From assembly GCF_002571385.2 (NCBI RefSeq), contig NW_019217852.1, positions 698,960-762,959 on the forward strand: a stretch of DNA of 64,000 nt, written 5' to 3'. Below, piece by piece: positions 22,901 through 37,433 of the stretch. The notes beneath the pieces are model-generated. The model saw only the letters and a program-made list of their open reading frames with translations, was not told where the DNA came from and did no database searches. The position numbers and the translations under genes are program-made. This DNA comes from Stylophora pistillata. Taxonomy: Eukaryota. Position 1 is the first letter of the stretch. The number at the start of each line of letters is the position of its first letter.

Positions 22901-25709
22901 TGTGACAAGGTTATCGTTACCATTTCAAAAAGAGTATAACAGCCTTTTCACTTCTCACAAGCAAACGATATTCATGTTGGTTATGCTTATCTCAATGAAC
23001 ACATTGAAGAAACGGAAATCTAGGAAATTTGATGATGTATCGTCGACTAAATGATTTGTGATCCATGTAGGTTGGTGTCTCATTCTGACCAGAACGATGT
23101 TTCGAACAATAAAACAACGTCTGATTCCTTCTATCGTCTGATTTTTTCAGTGATTATATATTGTTTAAAACCTAAAAGTTAAATAATGCAACCATTAAAG
23201 GGCACAAACGAACTTTGTAACCTTTCGTCGGCGTTGTTCTGTAAGAGTTGCGTTGGGTGCATTGATTGTTATGAGCTTCCGGCCTTGCTGCAAATGTTAA
23301 GTTTGTAAAGTTGATGTATATGTATCAAATGTTTGAAAGCGATCCTTGCAATAATAAACCCTATTTATGTACTAGAGGAAATAAGGCCTGAAAAAAGTTA
23401 GGCACGTACGGGATTTGAGCTCATGACCTTTGCTATACCGGTGCAGTGCTCTCCCGACTGAGGTAAAGAGCCAACTGGGAGCTGCTTTTTCAGGCTTTAT
23501 TTCCACTACTACATACGTAGCGCTTATCACTGCAAGGATAGCTTTCATACATTTCATGAAACCGCAGTACACATATATGATTTTTATAAATTCAAAATTC
23601 ATTGATGTGTATGTATCAGTTTATAGAGTTCGAAGAGATTACTCAAATCTTACCTAAGGCAGAGTCTTGAGATTTTAGAAGGTGCTTTAGAAGTTCAAAC
23701 AATCGCCTTCTGTACTCTTGCAAACCTAAGAAAAAGTAATGAAAAGTTACTGGGAATCTAAGAAGTAGTATTCAATCTAGACATAGCTTCCTGATGCAAC
23801 AAATCCTCCAAAGTAAGTTTCAGAGCGACTCAAATAGTGAGTTTCAGAGTTGATTGCCATGCTAAAAAAAAAAATTATGATATTTTACATGAAAGACCCC
23901 ATGTCAAAAATTGAACCTCCAATCGAGAATAACTTTCTCATCTTACATCATTGTGCCTTTTCGTGGAATAATTTTGGTCCGCAAATGATAACATAACATC
24001 TATATTCTCTTGCCCTAACTTTGCATACCTGGTGTCATTACATTCTACTCAAATACAAAAATGCACAATTCATTTGTCAAAATTGATAATAACAGTTTTA
24101 TCAGCTTTTTCCATTCGCTTATTAAGATTTGAAATTGGTTGATTGCATTCATGAAGATTGTCTACATGATGGCTAATTACGTCTTCGATGCAGATCATGC
24201 AGCACGATAAGGTTCATTTCATACACACAGTATACTATAATTTGGAAAATGTAGAACCTTATACTTTCTCGTGTTAAAAATAAAATTGGAGAGCTGAATA
24301 AATGTGAAAACGTATGGTACTCAAACTGCTCTGTACAACTATGATAAAAAATTTTTTTCGTGAAGAATGTCCTCATTCAATACTCTCAAAATTGTATTGA
24401 AGGAAACAAAGAGTTTCTCAAATGGGCTTATCCTTATGAGAAAGTATAATAAGAATGCAGTTTTGTCTTAATGAAGGGCCCATTAAAAGAAAGCTTTCAA
24501 AAGCAAATTCGAATAATAATTAAACAATGAAGTACATTTTTAATGTTATACAAGGCATTTCCGGTCATTCTGCAAAACAGTCGTGGAAATAGTTTTACTT
24601 CCATAATGGTTAATGAAATAGCTTGCTCCAAGAGCTCCTCCCCCCCCCAAAAAAAAAAAATAAAATAAAATAAAATTCAAATGCCAAAAACTTTAGTAAA
24701 TAAAAGAATAGTTCAATTGGTTTGAGCAAGCTTTAAATTGTCATATAATTTTACTGAGCCAGACCTTTGGATCAGTCATGTGTTGCGAATAGCTCTCTCT
24801 CAGTCCTGCCCAGAGTCCTTGTCCCCCGATGGACTCGCAACGGCCGACGAAAGAGAGGCTATCCCGAGAAAATTTGGAGGAGAAGGTAGAGAAGGAAACG
24901 AGGAACATAGCAGTAGCTTGATGAGTGGCAGCGACGGAATTCAATGGCGTGCTCTGACCGAGGCCTTGTTAGCATATTTAGACGCACGTAGAGGACTAAA
25001 CTAAGCTAAACCTACAGACAATGCTCGATAGTCGTCGTGGCATTAACTAACCCCAGATGAGGTCAGACTTGCGGCTTTAATCAGTGAACTGTTTCAGATT
25101 ATTTTAACGTTAAAACTCTGAACGGAAGGAAGAAACTATGCCATTTATTTTTTGTGGTTTAATTTTTAAGTTATGAATTTTTTAGAGGTAAAAGTTGGAT
25201 ATATAAACCATGTAATTATTTTCAATTTTTCAGCCCAGTTGTATTTCCGAGTTACAAAGTAAATGTAAATAAAGCTGTTTATGAGTTCCAAATTGTGTTA
25301 ATTGAGATCACTTGTGCAGTGTTCAACGTTTATTAAGCCATACCAAGTAGGAAATTCATAGCGAGTAGCGTACATGTAGCTCAGCTTTACTCAGGAAAGT
25401 GTTTTTATTATTTTATTACGAAAAAATACCGCACAGCGTATTCTAGGGCAAGGACACAACCTTTTCATTGAATGTTGAGTACATGAGCGCAAAAAATATT
25501 ACTGAACAATAGCAAGAGATCGTAGAGAGAAATACTGCTAAGCTAACCTTTTTCTTTTTCGTCCAGTTTCGTGTCCAATAGATGCGAGAGGAATCCAAGG
25601 GCAGCAGAGTCAGTTTTCCGTTTCAATTTACTCAGTGACTCTCTAACACGAAGCAATTTTCGCTCATACGAGGAATCGATATTCGGTGTGCTGTGTCGCG
25701 ATCCGTAGT
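16972..25709 (-). CDS. Long coiled-coil protein region, probably the tail of the upstream kinesin gene
   Basis: Phase-consistent exons 25709-25548, 23725-23654, 22234-22073, 21303-18129 (3175 bp, E/K/L-rich heptads) and 17530-16972 (TAA). The 1055-aa ORF is bounded by an acceptor AG (21304-21305) and a GTAAGT donor (18128), so it is an internal exon. The link across 25710-26985 is unresolved. Confidence 0.8.
17565..17723. mobile_element. Degenerate pogo/Tigger-like MITE
   Basis: Ends CAGTCGACC... and ...GGTAGTCGATTG with internal TCGAAGTACAGGAGG repeats. Confidence 0.5.
23315..23600 (-). mobile_element. Interspersed repeat with a tRNA-like core inside inverted arms
   Basis: Minus-strand CTCAGTCGGGAGAGCACTGCACCGGTATAGCAAAGGTCATGAGCTCAAATCCCGT is a degenerate tRNA-like A/B-box segment, flanked by inverted AAATAAGGCCTGAAAAA / TTTTTCAGGCTTTATTT. 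Confidence 0.65.
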
Positions 25710-26985
25710 CTGAAACAAGAACACATGAGAACAAGTGATGAGACAATTATTTCTACATTATCTGCCAGATGTTATATAATTTACTGATATATCCTTTACC
25801 TTGCACGGAGTATTTTTACTTTGAACTTAGCCCTGCTTAGCTAACACAGCATAGAAGGAGAGCTTGCTGACAGTGGCAGTTGTCAAATTGTGGGTTAAAG
25901 GATCGCGCAGTAAAATTACTTGTTCGACTTTTCCGACGCCTACTTCACCATATCCTCAGGGTTAAAGCTTTTGTATTCGAGATTAGCTGTGCAAATAAGT
26001 CACAAAAGACGACCGAAAAATGTATAAACGCAAGGGAAAATACATCACTCATCTTTGTTTGAACAAGATGAGGGTAGTTTACAAATTCTTCTTGTTGCGG
26101 CTTGCTTTGTTCGCCTCACGCGCTTTTAGTTATCGTTCGTGCATGAAACATATACAAAGGAAAATATGAAAGGAGGCCCTTAGCGTTTCGAGAGTTTATT
26201 TGCTTTCACGCCGGGGGTTTGTATTCGTGGCAGATATCTGTCGCCCAGTTTTTTAGAATTTTTGTGAGGCTTACACAAAGGGATAACATGTATGCCGACA
26301 GTCGTCATGTAGAACCGATGGCAATAGCCTTGTGATGCCGACACACTGCATATGAATATACAATTGATGTAAGTTGAAAGAAATGCTTTTGATAAAATTC
26401 TCGTTAATACTTAAAATGCTTTTATTTTTCATCAAAAGCTTTAAGTATACTTCATATACTAATTCTGCTCTAGGAGTACCGCCTCAAAGTCGCCGATACA
26501 AATTCAAGTCAAACGCCCACAATCAAAGCAGCACTTCGCCTTTTGACCACAAACTACTCCAGCGATTTACTTAACCGATGACGAAATCATGTTGATTGTT
26601 CTTTGTGGTCAGTTGCCGCCAAATCATTTATTTCTGAAAAAGGAATGGCGTTATTCCATTTTGCTTACAAGGAACCTATAGAGTCTTCTGGAGAATCTGC
26701 TAAGGGTAGCAGCAGTTTTAATTTGGTCTTGCTGGTCTATTCTGAGCATTAAAATCCTCCTTCACTTTATCACTATCTTAAATGGATTTACAAATTACTT
26801 TTGGCAAGATTAACCAGAAACGCTTGTTTATGCAATAACATACAGCTTAAGCTTGTTAGCTTTTCACTTAATTTGTTTTATGAATTTTAAAGCCTCTGCC
26901 AACACGGGATCTTACTTAACAGCACTAAGCCGAAATGTAAATAGCACTCCTCCTCAAGCCGGATACCCATTTATTATTGATTTAC

Positions 26986-29900
26986 CCATACACACATTTT
27001 ATCGCCTTCTGATGTTATTTCTCCTGTAATTTTAGCTTTTTCGATCTCATTTTCCTTGGCCAACAATAATTGGCTGAGGTTTTTGTGATGATGCAGTCTA
27101 ATGATATATTCTAAATGCCTGGTTAAGGTAAACAAATCTCCCACCGATGATATCATCGAAAACGCAAGCGGAGAATACGAAATGTTAGTTAAACACTTTA
27201 AGAGTCTGGGAAGTGTTTATGTAAAAAAAGTTTCGTTTGTTTCGTAATCATAACAATGTGGCCCGTTGGTGCCATTTTCCTTTAAGTCTGTTTCTAATCA
27301 AAACCTTTCGTGAAAGCTCAAAAGGCATTATGGATTACCAGTTTATAGTAACCAAGGCGGGAAGCTACTAGAAGTTGATGTTCACTTGGTACAAGGGTAT
27401 TTGTTAGACAGCAAAGAGTCACGTACCTAACTCCAAAGATATGCTTGGCAAAACCGTTTTCTCAGTTTCACATGTAGCACCTTTTGAGTTCTTTCCATTT
27501 TCGTCGATAGCAAGGGTACTCTTTGTGAAGAAGTATTCCGTAAGCTGATGAAAAATATCAGAAATCAGCAATCTAAGCTGTTGTTGGGACTAGACGAGAC
27601 AGCTTTTTTTTTTACCCCAATGAGTATGGCATATTTAACTCACACCTTAAACTTTTTCAGATAGATATAACAACAAAGGAATCAAACTGAAGCTTAAAAT
27701 GTTGACAAAAGCTTTTAGCTGGCTTCTTCATTGCACATCATTAGTTTAGAGCGACTCAGTCCTCGGTGAATGAATACTTAATGGCCAGATGCTTTAAAGA
27801 TACGTGACTACTTAAAACAGGCGACTCTTACACTTGACCCTGTGATTGTCTCAGCAACAAATACATCACACTTCTAACTTGAAGCCGTTTTTTGCGATAT
27901 GACTGCATACTACTTAAAATAACGTAGTTCAGCTATACCTCTAAGAGTGTTTCAGCGCTGTGTAAAAGCAAATCTTTGTCTGTAAGACTGTGCAATTTGC
28001 TACTGGTGACACCCTGAGCCTTTCCAGCTGAACCATCTCGAACCAAATCTTCCAAACCATAGAATAACTCCAAAGAGACCAATTCTGCAAGCAGTACTGC
28101 TTTTGTCTGATTTCTTAGAGCTTCCTCCTCCACAATCGCCGGAAAAAGGGCCTTCTCGGTAAGATCATGGCATTCCGAGGTCACCTGTAATCAGTTCAGA
28201 GAGATCCAAAAGAATTGAAGGCTATAGTCAACCGTTACAAACTTTAATGATAGCAATCTTCAAACCGCTATCGCTAAACCTTAGATTCCTGTTTGGGCTA
28301 TCAGCAATCTGGTTAGGCTCCACATTCCATCTTGGATCAAACAAAAAAATGATACTCGAAGGTGGACTGTAATTTATGCAACTGTTGAAAAGAAGCCTGA
28401 AAAAAATCAGGGTTCGAAGGGATTGGAACCCAAGCCTCCCGGCCAGTTTGGTTGCTACTACTAACTGAGCTTGGAAGCTTCATCTTAAGAGCGAGAAAAA
28501 ATTTAACAAATTTTGTTCTCATCTTGGATAAATCAACTATAACTCCATTTTTTTGCGACATAATTGCAAAATCTTTTTTATTCCAAATCACGTCAGAGAC
28601 CCTTGCTTTCATTACCTCGTTGACGATGGACTTTCGGTTTCTAATTTTAAAACTGATTACGTAAACATTATTTACTATTCATATCGTTCAATGTAAAGAC
28701 GATTTGTTTACTTGTTGCCTAGGTTCTCGTCTTTGTCGCGTCTCTCTCTCGGCCTCTAGCGACATAATGTAACTTTCGTATTCCGCCTTTAGGCGTCGCC
28801 ACTCCCGCTCTGCAAAAAAAACAATACAGGGTGTTAATGTGTTGTCATCAAGTCGTTCTTTTTTAAGCCAACAGATTGATCGAAAACGAATGCATTAGCT
28901 ATAAATATCTACGCTCTGAAAGACATACCTACACAGTAACAAGTTAGTATTGCATGTGTCGATTTAAACAAACAACCAACAAAGAAACAAACAAACAAAG
29001 AAAATCAATTCTGGGCCTTCAGTTTGTAAAATGTTTTTGGTCCAGATAATTCCTAATGGCAGCGAAGTTACGTAAGCTAGCTTGAAATTAAAGCCTAATC
29101 TATTTGTGGCGCAAGAGCTGGCTTGGTGGCCTAAATAGGAAAAAGAAATGTAGTCCTTATGATAATTTTCTTCCAGAAACTCTGTAGCGTACCTGTCTGT
29201 TCCTTGATAAATAATTGAATAAAGGAATTAAAGACCTCCTAAAATCCTAAAAGCCCCTTCTCAGAAATTGTTACGATCACTGAGGTAACTGACGTCATGG
29301 GTTGGTCACGTCTCGAGAGGATCACACAAAGTACCGACGGATTTACTTTCACAATGACCTTAGTAAAGTCACAGCCGAACGTGAGTCATGCAGAAGATAG
29401 CGAAAGTAGAGTGGAAATACTCCAGATAAAGTAGCTGGAGCGGAAGGATGGAGGACAGGCTCAGGCTCGCCTTATAGAGGCGAAAGAGGATGAATGAATG
29501 AATGAGAAAGTGGATAAAAGAATGAATCAATAAGTTTTACCACAGCTTACTAATCCATTCTCCGGTTTAAGCTGTAATGAGGCGTAAAGTATTTGCGAGT
29601 TAACACGACCCTCAGATCAACGCAATAAAGCAAACTTATTGGATTAAGACAGATAGGGAAAAATCCATTGGATTCTCCCAACCCACGCGTCTACATACAA
29701 CTTGTTGGGATGGTAATGTTTCTTCAATGAATGGGATCAACAAATCACGCCGTTTCCGTGGTTACCATACTTTCCTGTTTCACACTCTCAACTTGTTGGT
29801 TACGATAACGATATGAATATAAAGATCTAAGAAAACGAAACAGACGGCCAAATGAGTTTATCGCTAAGGACCTTATTGGCCTTGTTGCAGAAAAATGACA

Positions 29901-32900
29901 ACACCCGGTAATTCCGAATTTGTGTTCAGACTCCACATTCAATACCCCTAAAACGGGTAAGCTTAACAAAAGGTAAAGATGCATAACCAGTTTGAGGGAC
30001 GCTCTCAGAAACACGGGAAAAATGAGAAACCATGATTTCTAAATGTAATACAAACAAGGCTGGCAGGTATTTGAAATTTCTTGTTTTGATCAAATGCAGT
30101 CTATTTGTTTTATAATTCATTATAACAAAGAAGCAAAATGTTCAGTTTATGGTGATGTCGTCTATGTGTCTGTCGTCCAATAAATCATTAGAATTAACCA
30201 ATCAAAACGCGTGTATAATGCAGATCATCGTTATAATTTAAAGTGTCGACAGAAAATAGTTCTCCTTTCCTTCTCCCTGTTGAACTTTTGGCCACAAAGC
30301 TTATGAATGTACTTTTAATTTTTAGCTCTGGTATTCGGATAAGAACCGCTTTTAGGTATGTTTTGGTCAATGCGTGATACATCCGTAATCAGTCATTGAT
30401 CCTTTTTTTCGCCCATTACTACTACATGTACTTTCCAGTCGCAGTGTGATCTTAAAATTATAGCGTGATTCGTCAACAATTGGCTCCTTGCTGATTCACT
30501 TTGCGAATAAACCGCCAAGTACCTGGGGTCAAATAACACAATTAGTGATTTGAATGGATTTTACTACAAGAAGTAGAGCGGCCCTCTGAGATGGAATCGT
30601 GGAGCACACAATACGATCGAAACAGACAGAAAGTACAACCTTTTTTGTCTTATACTGTCGAATATTTAAAAAACAAAGTGTAACGTGGTTAAGATTGATT
30701 TAGTTGCACAACATGAACGTGACCCCCTCCTATTCAAAAGCCAAAATCTACATGGTAGTTAACATTGGCGACTTTTGGCGGCTTTGTATGCCATCATACA
30801 TGACAGAGTGCGACCAACGATTTGTACTGAGAGAAGAAAGAAAAACATTCACTCAGACGCCTTTTAAGTTACAAGTCACTGATTCGTAGCATGTCATACC
30901 TTTTGCCGCGTGCTCAAGCGTTGCTCGCCTCAAGGCCTCGCTCATGCTCACTTTAGAGCTTTTCCGACCAACATTTTCGGTCCTTAGCAGGCGAAACGGT
31001 GCGGAAAGAAACGTTTTACGTTGGGAAAAATCCATGGCGTTGTTTCTCTCTGAGATCCGATACTAAAGTGCAAGGAGTAATACCGTTCTTTGCAAATGCA
31101 AATAAATCACTCAAATCTGGAGACGACGCGTAGATCACCTAGGCTTATCTGAAGCCGGTAATAGTCTGCTGTCGAGCAATTCGCGTGTTAATAAATCCGA
31201 CTCCAGCGAATTAACAAAATATCAAGAAATTCAAGCAGGAATTCCTGCTTTGATTTGATCATGTAATCATTTGCTCTCGAAGCGAACAATGAGCATGGGA
31301 TGTAATTGTCATAGCACGAGCCCCAATGGCCAAGAATCTTAATTCCGATAAAAAGTTAAACCAGACGGCCTAGGACGGCATTTCCCAATTGGATCAGCAT
31401 TTTCGTGAGTCATAGGATTATAAAAGGATAAGTAGATTCATCAGCTTACCGAGCACGTTCGAGGAACCACCATTCCAAATTGTGTCCTCTATGCACCACG
31501 GCAGCTTTCGGACATGAAACTACACGAGCAAGGTTCACGCGTAAAACCCAACACGAGGTGAGGTCTGTTTGAGTTCTTTGATGGCGGGTGTTTTGTGTTT
31601 TCTTTGTTGTCATGAATTTCAAGTGGATTTAGGAAGCTGTGATTTGCAAGCAGCCACACCAGCATGACAACTGTTTGTTCATCCGAAACACAACACGCAA
31701 CGCTATGCTTTAAACTATAGACTTTTTTCCCACAAATCACTTGCAAACTCTTGTCGTAAAATAAAAGATAAAACTGGGGTATATCGAGGACCACTAAATG
31801 TTTATGCCTTGAAAGGTGATGAACAGAAGAAAGTTTTCATTGATGTCCTTTGAAGAGTTATCTCAAAAAATCAGTTACGGAATTCCTCCACAAAGCGCAT
31901 ACTATGATTCTTTCAAATTCGGAAAATAACTATTGTAGTATTGTATCAGCATTTCCTCTTTTCTAAAGAACACATTGCTATTATCCTTTGTGGTACGATT
32001 AAGTCTTGGCAGAGAGGATTGCATCTCTCAACCGAAGGAAGCAACATTTTCATCAACTTTTTCAACGCCCATCCGTTCGCTTTTTATCATTATCTCTACC
32101 GTGCATTTTCTTGTAAAGCTAAAACAAGCAAAATCCTTTCCGGATAAACTTAAGAAGGAATAAAAAAACCTCGTACTTTATTGAAGGAATTTTTTATGAG
32201 AAATTTGGAGAACGAGAGATTGACTCTATATTTAGATTATTTGTTCTATTCGATTCTCAAGACTTAAAACTCGATAAGAGAAAGCAGTGCTTTCGGGAAC
32301 AGAAATTGGATAGGACAATGGAAAAAAAAGTAATAATAATGATTTATAAGTGGAGATTTTGTCAGTATTTCATGACTCGACAGCTTGGTCTGGGGAACTT
32401 GAAGTTTTTCAGATATTTGACTGGACTTGATTACAAAAGCTTAGGCAGGAGATGGCTAAAGGAACTTAAATCAATTGACACATTTTTAATCTAAAACTGT
32501 AGTTTCTTTTAGCAGAAGACTATGAATTTTACACGATAAAAATTTAACAAATCAATGCATCGCTTTCTATATGAAATGAGCAGGGACCATCGTGGAGACT
32601 TTAGAAGGATCACAAAATTGTCTTATCCGACCCCAAAATAGCTTGTATTAAATAAGATAGTTTGATTTAAATGCATCAGTCGTCGTGTCACTGAATAACT
32701 TGGCATGAATGTTTTTGCGTTTTCATCCTTTAATCCACGCCTGCATTCTAAGCCGACTAAGAATTTCAGACATTTTGATAAATCTTTGTAACAATTGTTA
32801 CTCACTGATTTATTATATTCGTGTGAGATCTAAGAATGGTGACGTTGGAGAATACTGACACCAGCTGAACTTTCTAAGAGATGAAGGCAAGTGCAAAACT

Positions 32901-35900
32901 GACGACAAGGCCAAAAATGTTCGACCCAACATCACCAAAGGAATTTGAAGTATCCGTTATTGTACGAGACATTAGCAATAGATAACAAAATCTAGTTAGA
33001 TCAAGGCATGCTGAACATTTGCAGAGGCTCATTATCACGCGCCACTGACATTTGGTCTGGAAACCTTCAAGCTATCTATCATGAAAGAATGAGCAATACT
33101 GTTCTATAACGTTTTAGTACCAAAGATCAATTGAAAAAAGAAAAACGCTTTAAGCATGAAAATGGCTCAAAGTTAAAATAAGTAACAGTGCAAGTTTCTG
33201 TGCACAGATGTTATTTGGTGCGGATGTAACATATGTCTCTTGCATATCAATTTTAAAATCCAGGCAAGTAGTATGAAACTGGAATACCAAAAGTACCCAA
33301 TTGGCAGCATTAATCGCTCATATTTTGCCATTTATTGCGTAAAACGCCATTGATTCGATGAGCATTAGTAACAACACATGAATCTCTCTCCCCGTCATAT
33401 ACTACTTCCTTGTCACGCAATAGCAAACCAACCTTTTTGTACTACACGCGAACCAAAGGTCACTGTCAAGCGACCAAGATAACCGAATCAATTTTTCAAT
33501 AACACCGATTAAAGTAAAAATAGTTTGTTGATCGATTTGCTCTTGCAAAATTGTTTTCAAAATAAAGGCCAGAATTATTTTCATTTGTTCTAATTTCCGA
33601 TTCTTGGCGTCGTCTCGGAAATTTGACTTGATTCATTCGAAAAAACGAAAAGTTGCCCAAAATGTTTAATAATTCCAAACTAGCCGGTCAAAATTCCAAA
33701 ATAGTCGAAATATTTCATCCATGCACGATAACTTTCTCGAAATTTATGAAAAGAAAATCATAGTATCAGTTTGCGAGAGGGCAGGCTAGCAAAAAAGTAA
33801 AAAAAAATGAAACGTTATACTTGCTTCAAACCTTACTAGTTACTTGTTGTTAGAGAACTGATCGGTAAAGGAACGACGCCACCGTTTGTGCGTCTTGAAA
33901 ACTTGAGCTTACAATTCAGTTCAGGTTATTCACCATCTGCTAGTCGTTTTAATCTTCACTATCTACGCTTGATTTACCTTTAAGATATTTTCATACCTTG
34001 ACCAACTACTATATATGTCATATTAAAAAAATTAATCAAATGAAATTTCTGCGAGTTCTCTCCGTTGCAAAACGCCACCGAATAACGTGGCACATCTTCA
34101 AAATCTTACTTCAAAAGAGTATCGGCGCCGGTAATAACAATTGATCTGCGGTTCCCAAAATATGTAGACGTGATGTCATGTAAAATTTTCAAAAAACCAC
34201 CGACAATAAATAAGATATCGGTAAGTAAGACAAATGGTGTATTTAAAGCAAACTGCCCTTGAAAAAGGCAGTATTTGCCTATGACTTGTGTTGGCCCTGA
34301 AATGGATTGCTATTCACTGGTTTTGAACTAAAAATGAACCACGAATTAACGATAATTACTCAAGAAATGATGCGCTGCTAATTGTAGCCGAAATCAGTCC
34401 ACAGGATATTGAAAAACACTTTGTAGAAGATATCATTTTGCATAACAAAGCAGGACCTTAATTGGCAACAATAAAAGAGACTTAAACCTACTTACCATGT
34501 TTCAAAGGCAACAGAGCATTCAAAACAGTATTTAAATTTGTACCGAAAATTGTTTACCCCCGACAACAACAAAAGAAAGCTATTTTTAACCATTAATTTA
34601 AACTGGTTTAGTAAATTATACTTTCATAAAACAGGGATCACTGGAAACGTGGTTGAAGAGTGGAGTATCAGGGCTTTCATCTGGAAAGAACATGCATGCT
34701 GTTCGCAACAGCATCACGCAATTACAAAAAATCAAACCGGCGTAAGTTTAGCGCATTTAGCGAACTGCCTTGTTTATTTTAAACAGCATTGCACACAAAA
34801 ACCCACTGCGTGGCTTATGAACAGTTGTTTGCATTAAAAAAAAAAAAACAAAAAAAAAAACAAGCAAAAAAAAAAATATTAAGCTCCATTTTCATTATGT
34901 TGTTCTTTCTGTTTTGTCTCTGTCTTGCTGCTCAGGCTGTTGTAATAAGAGATGTCTATGATGTAAATATACGAGAGCCAGCGAGCGACCTCTTGCCTTC
35001 TCTCGTCGCCGCTAACTCGCGCCAAAACCGCAATAAACTTAAACTAGATCAGCACCTGAAGCACGGTAAAGCTCCTTCAGCTTTACCTACTCGTGTTTTC
35101 ATAACAAAGGAAAGAATGGTTGAAGTATTCTATCGTTAAAGTACCCCAAGCGTTGAATTTAGGGTTTTGGAACCAGCAATCTGGGTAACCGAGTCTCGTG
35201 TTATTGCGAGTATGTCCCTTACCTTTGCTTTCCAATGTTTCGCTGAGTTGCTTGGCCATTTTTTCGTAGTCAATCTGCAACGGCAACCAAAATCATCTTT
35301 GTATCAGTCACACAATATAAGATATAAAGATTGTTGATGTGGTGTTGTGGCAAGGAGTGAGAGCCTGGAGTGCAGAGGCGACGAAACAATACCATATGTT
35401 CTTACGAATAATACAAGCCACTTGTTTTACATGTCTAGCTGTCAAGAATATTTGCAATTCGACTCTTCGTTTGCCTTGTTTGATAAACAGAGAATGTTAA
35501 CTAATGACTGTAGACGAAATAGCTCAGAAGTTTGGTTAAATTTACAGAGGAACATCTTACTCATGGCAGATTTCAACAAAAATCTAGCAAGGATCTTTCT
35601 ACCCTAGGTGAAATCTCCGACATTTTTCGTCCTTCCGCTTAGCGACGTAGAAACAGCGATTTGACTTGATGAAAACACATTCCAGCTGACTTTCGATCGT
35701 GCTGAAAGCGCGAGAATCCAAAACAAACCGGGTGAAAGACGGGCAACACACGCTCAATCAGCAAATGAATAAATTTTAGCCAGGTGATGATAAAACAATA
35801 TAGCTGCCAACAACGGGATAGATCGCATAATTTGGTAAATATCAAACATATTTTCTCTTGTCTTACAAACCAATGTGTTTGTTGCTTAAACAACAGCTTG

Positions 35901-36563
35901 TGCCTTCTTCCAAATGAGCTTAGATTTATGATTACACTTTTTTCTTAATTTTATGACTATCTGAAAGCTAGGAAAATGACCCAAGGCAAATTTCAAGGCT
36001 GTTGACTTTTTAATCCTGACTTCACTGTTAATTTCATAAACAATACATCGCAAAGTGTTTTATTAATAGCTTAGATATAAAGAGCCGACTCCCCATTCAC
36101 GCAGAAATACCTAATATAGTCAGTTTAAAGTCGTGATATCCACGGGAACCGTTTAGATGGCCGAGCTACATCCGATTGACTGGAAGTCAATCAGACTCAC
36201 ATGTTAGTGATTAGCATAACTATTTTAAACTAACCTCCACGCTCAATTATTGGACTTGAATAACTGCAATTTAATTTCTAACATTTTTTCATTGTGAAGT
36301 AGCCTGATAAGATTATGTTAGTATTTAAGTTAGAGGGTAGATCTGTTGCAGTAACGGGGAGTGATTCATTTCAAATTATTCCAAGAAGGCTCTAAATTTA
36401 ACTGATCGTCTGATTTTATATATAAGAAGTTGTAATTATTTTTTTTTCTTACATATCATTGCTCCAAAACTTTAGATAGTGGTTCTTGATTTTCATAAAG
36501 TAAATCTATCTTGTATTTTAACGTTATTATCAACAAAATAATAATGATAATAATAATAATAAC

Positions 36564-36606
<43 letters not shown>

Positions 36607-37399
36607 ACGTTGATTGAAGCTCCCCCCATAAGGGGCTTTTCAGCCAAGATGTATAATAAAATAAATTCAATTAGATGAAATAAAATGAATTAAGTCAACA
36701 TGAAATAAAATGACAGAAACATGAAATAGGGAAAAAAGAAAATCGTTAAAAGGAAAGACTGAAATCATGTTTAAGGTTTTAAACACTAGATGACGTAAAT
36801 ATAGAAATAAAACTTCATTTAACCAGTCTGCGTTCGTCTTAAATCCAAGTAAACTCATCGTTTAGTCAAGTTAGAAAGCGGAAAAATTCAGGTGAAGGGT
36901 AAAACCTCTAAAAATTAATGCAGATGATTGTATTACGTAACGCCTAAAAATGACAAATTAGTTTCCCACGTTCAGTGTAGACACTCAGGTGATGTGGGCG
37001 ATATGAAGGTTGTTATGTAACTTGCAAAAATTGCCGAAGACTAAACTCATCGATAAATATTGATTTTCATGAAGTTATTATCAAGATTTGAACAAAAGGT
37101 GAAATAAAAAATGAAAACCAAAACAAAGTAAATACTTAAAGATACGTGTGTTTCGGATGATAAACATTATTATTGACATGGAAAACCACGTAGATAGCCT
37201 CTGGCATTCCTTTGCTATCGTGGGTTAAATCTCTTCGAAAACAAAATTGAAAAGGATGGTATTTGCTTTAACCATGCATTATTGATCAATGTGTGAGGTT
37301 TTTGTCGTACAACGTACCAACTGTAACTTACGATTCAGCTCGATCCTTCCAATCAGAGCAAAGTTCTTAGTTTACTCGGCGAGAAAAAGAATATCCTAT

Positions 37400-37433
<34 letters not shown>

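Noticed and set aside
23405-23475. tRNA gene
   Set aside because: The cloverleaf is degenerate and embedded in a repeated foldback element; the tRNA-like SINE head at ~10742 is rejected for the same kind of reason.
25800-26736. Extra kinesin tail exons near 26669-26736 and 25800-25985
   Set aside because: Splice-like signals exist, but I found no phase-consistent, stop-free path, so they are not called.
29269-29705. Possible solo LTR (TGTTACG start, internal AATAAA)
   Set aside because: No clear CA terminus or target-site duplication could be identified.
34789-35139. Nested + strand secreted-peptide-like ORF in a kinesin intron
   Set aside because: The hydrophobic stretch derives from a T-rich tract after an A-run; no motif or further exons support it.
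36456-36647. Poly-Ile membrane-protein-like ORF
   Set aside because: It is the translation of the (ATT)n microsatellite tail.
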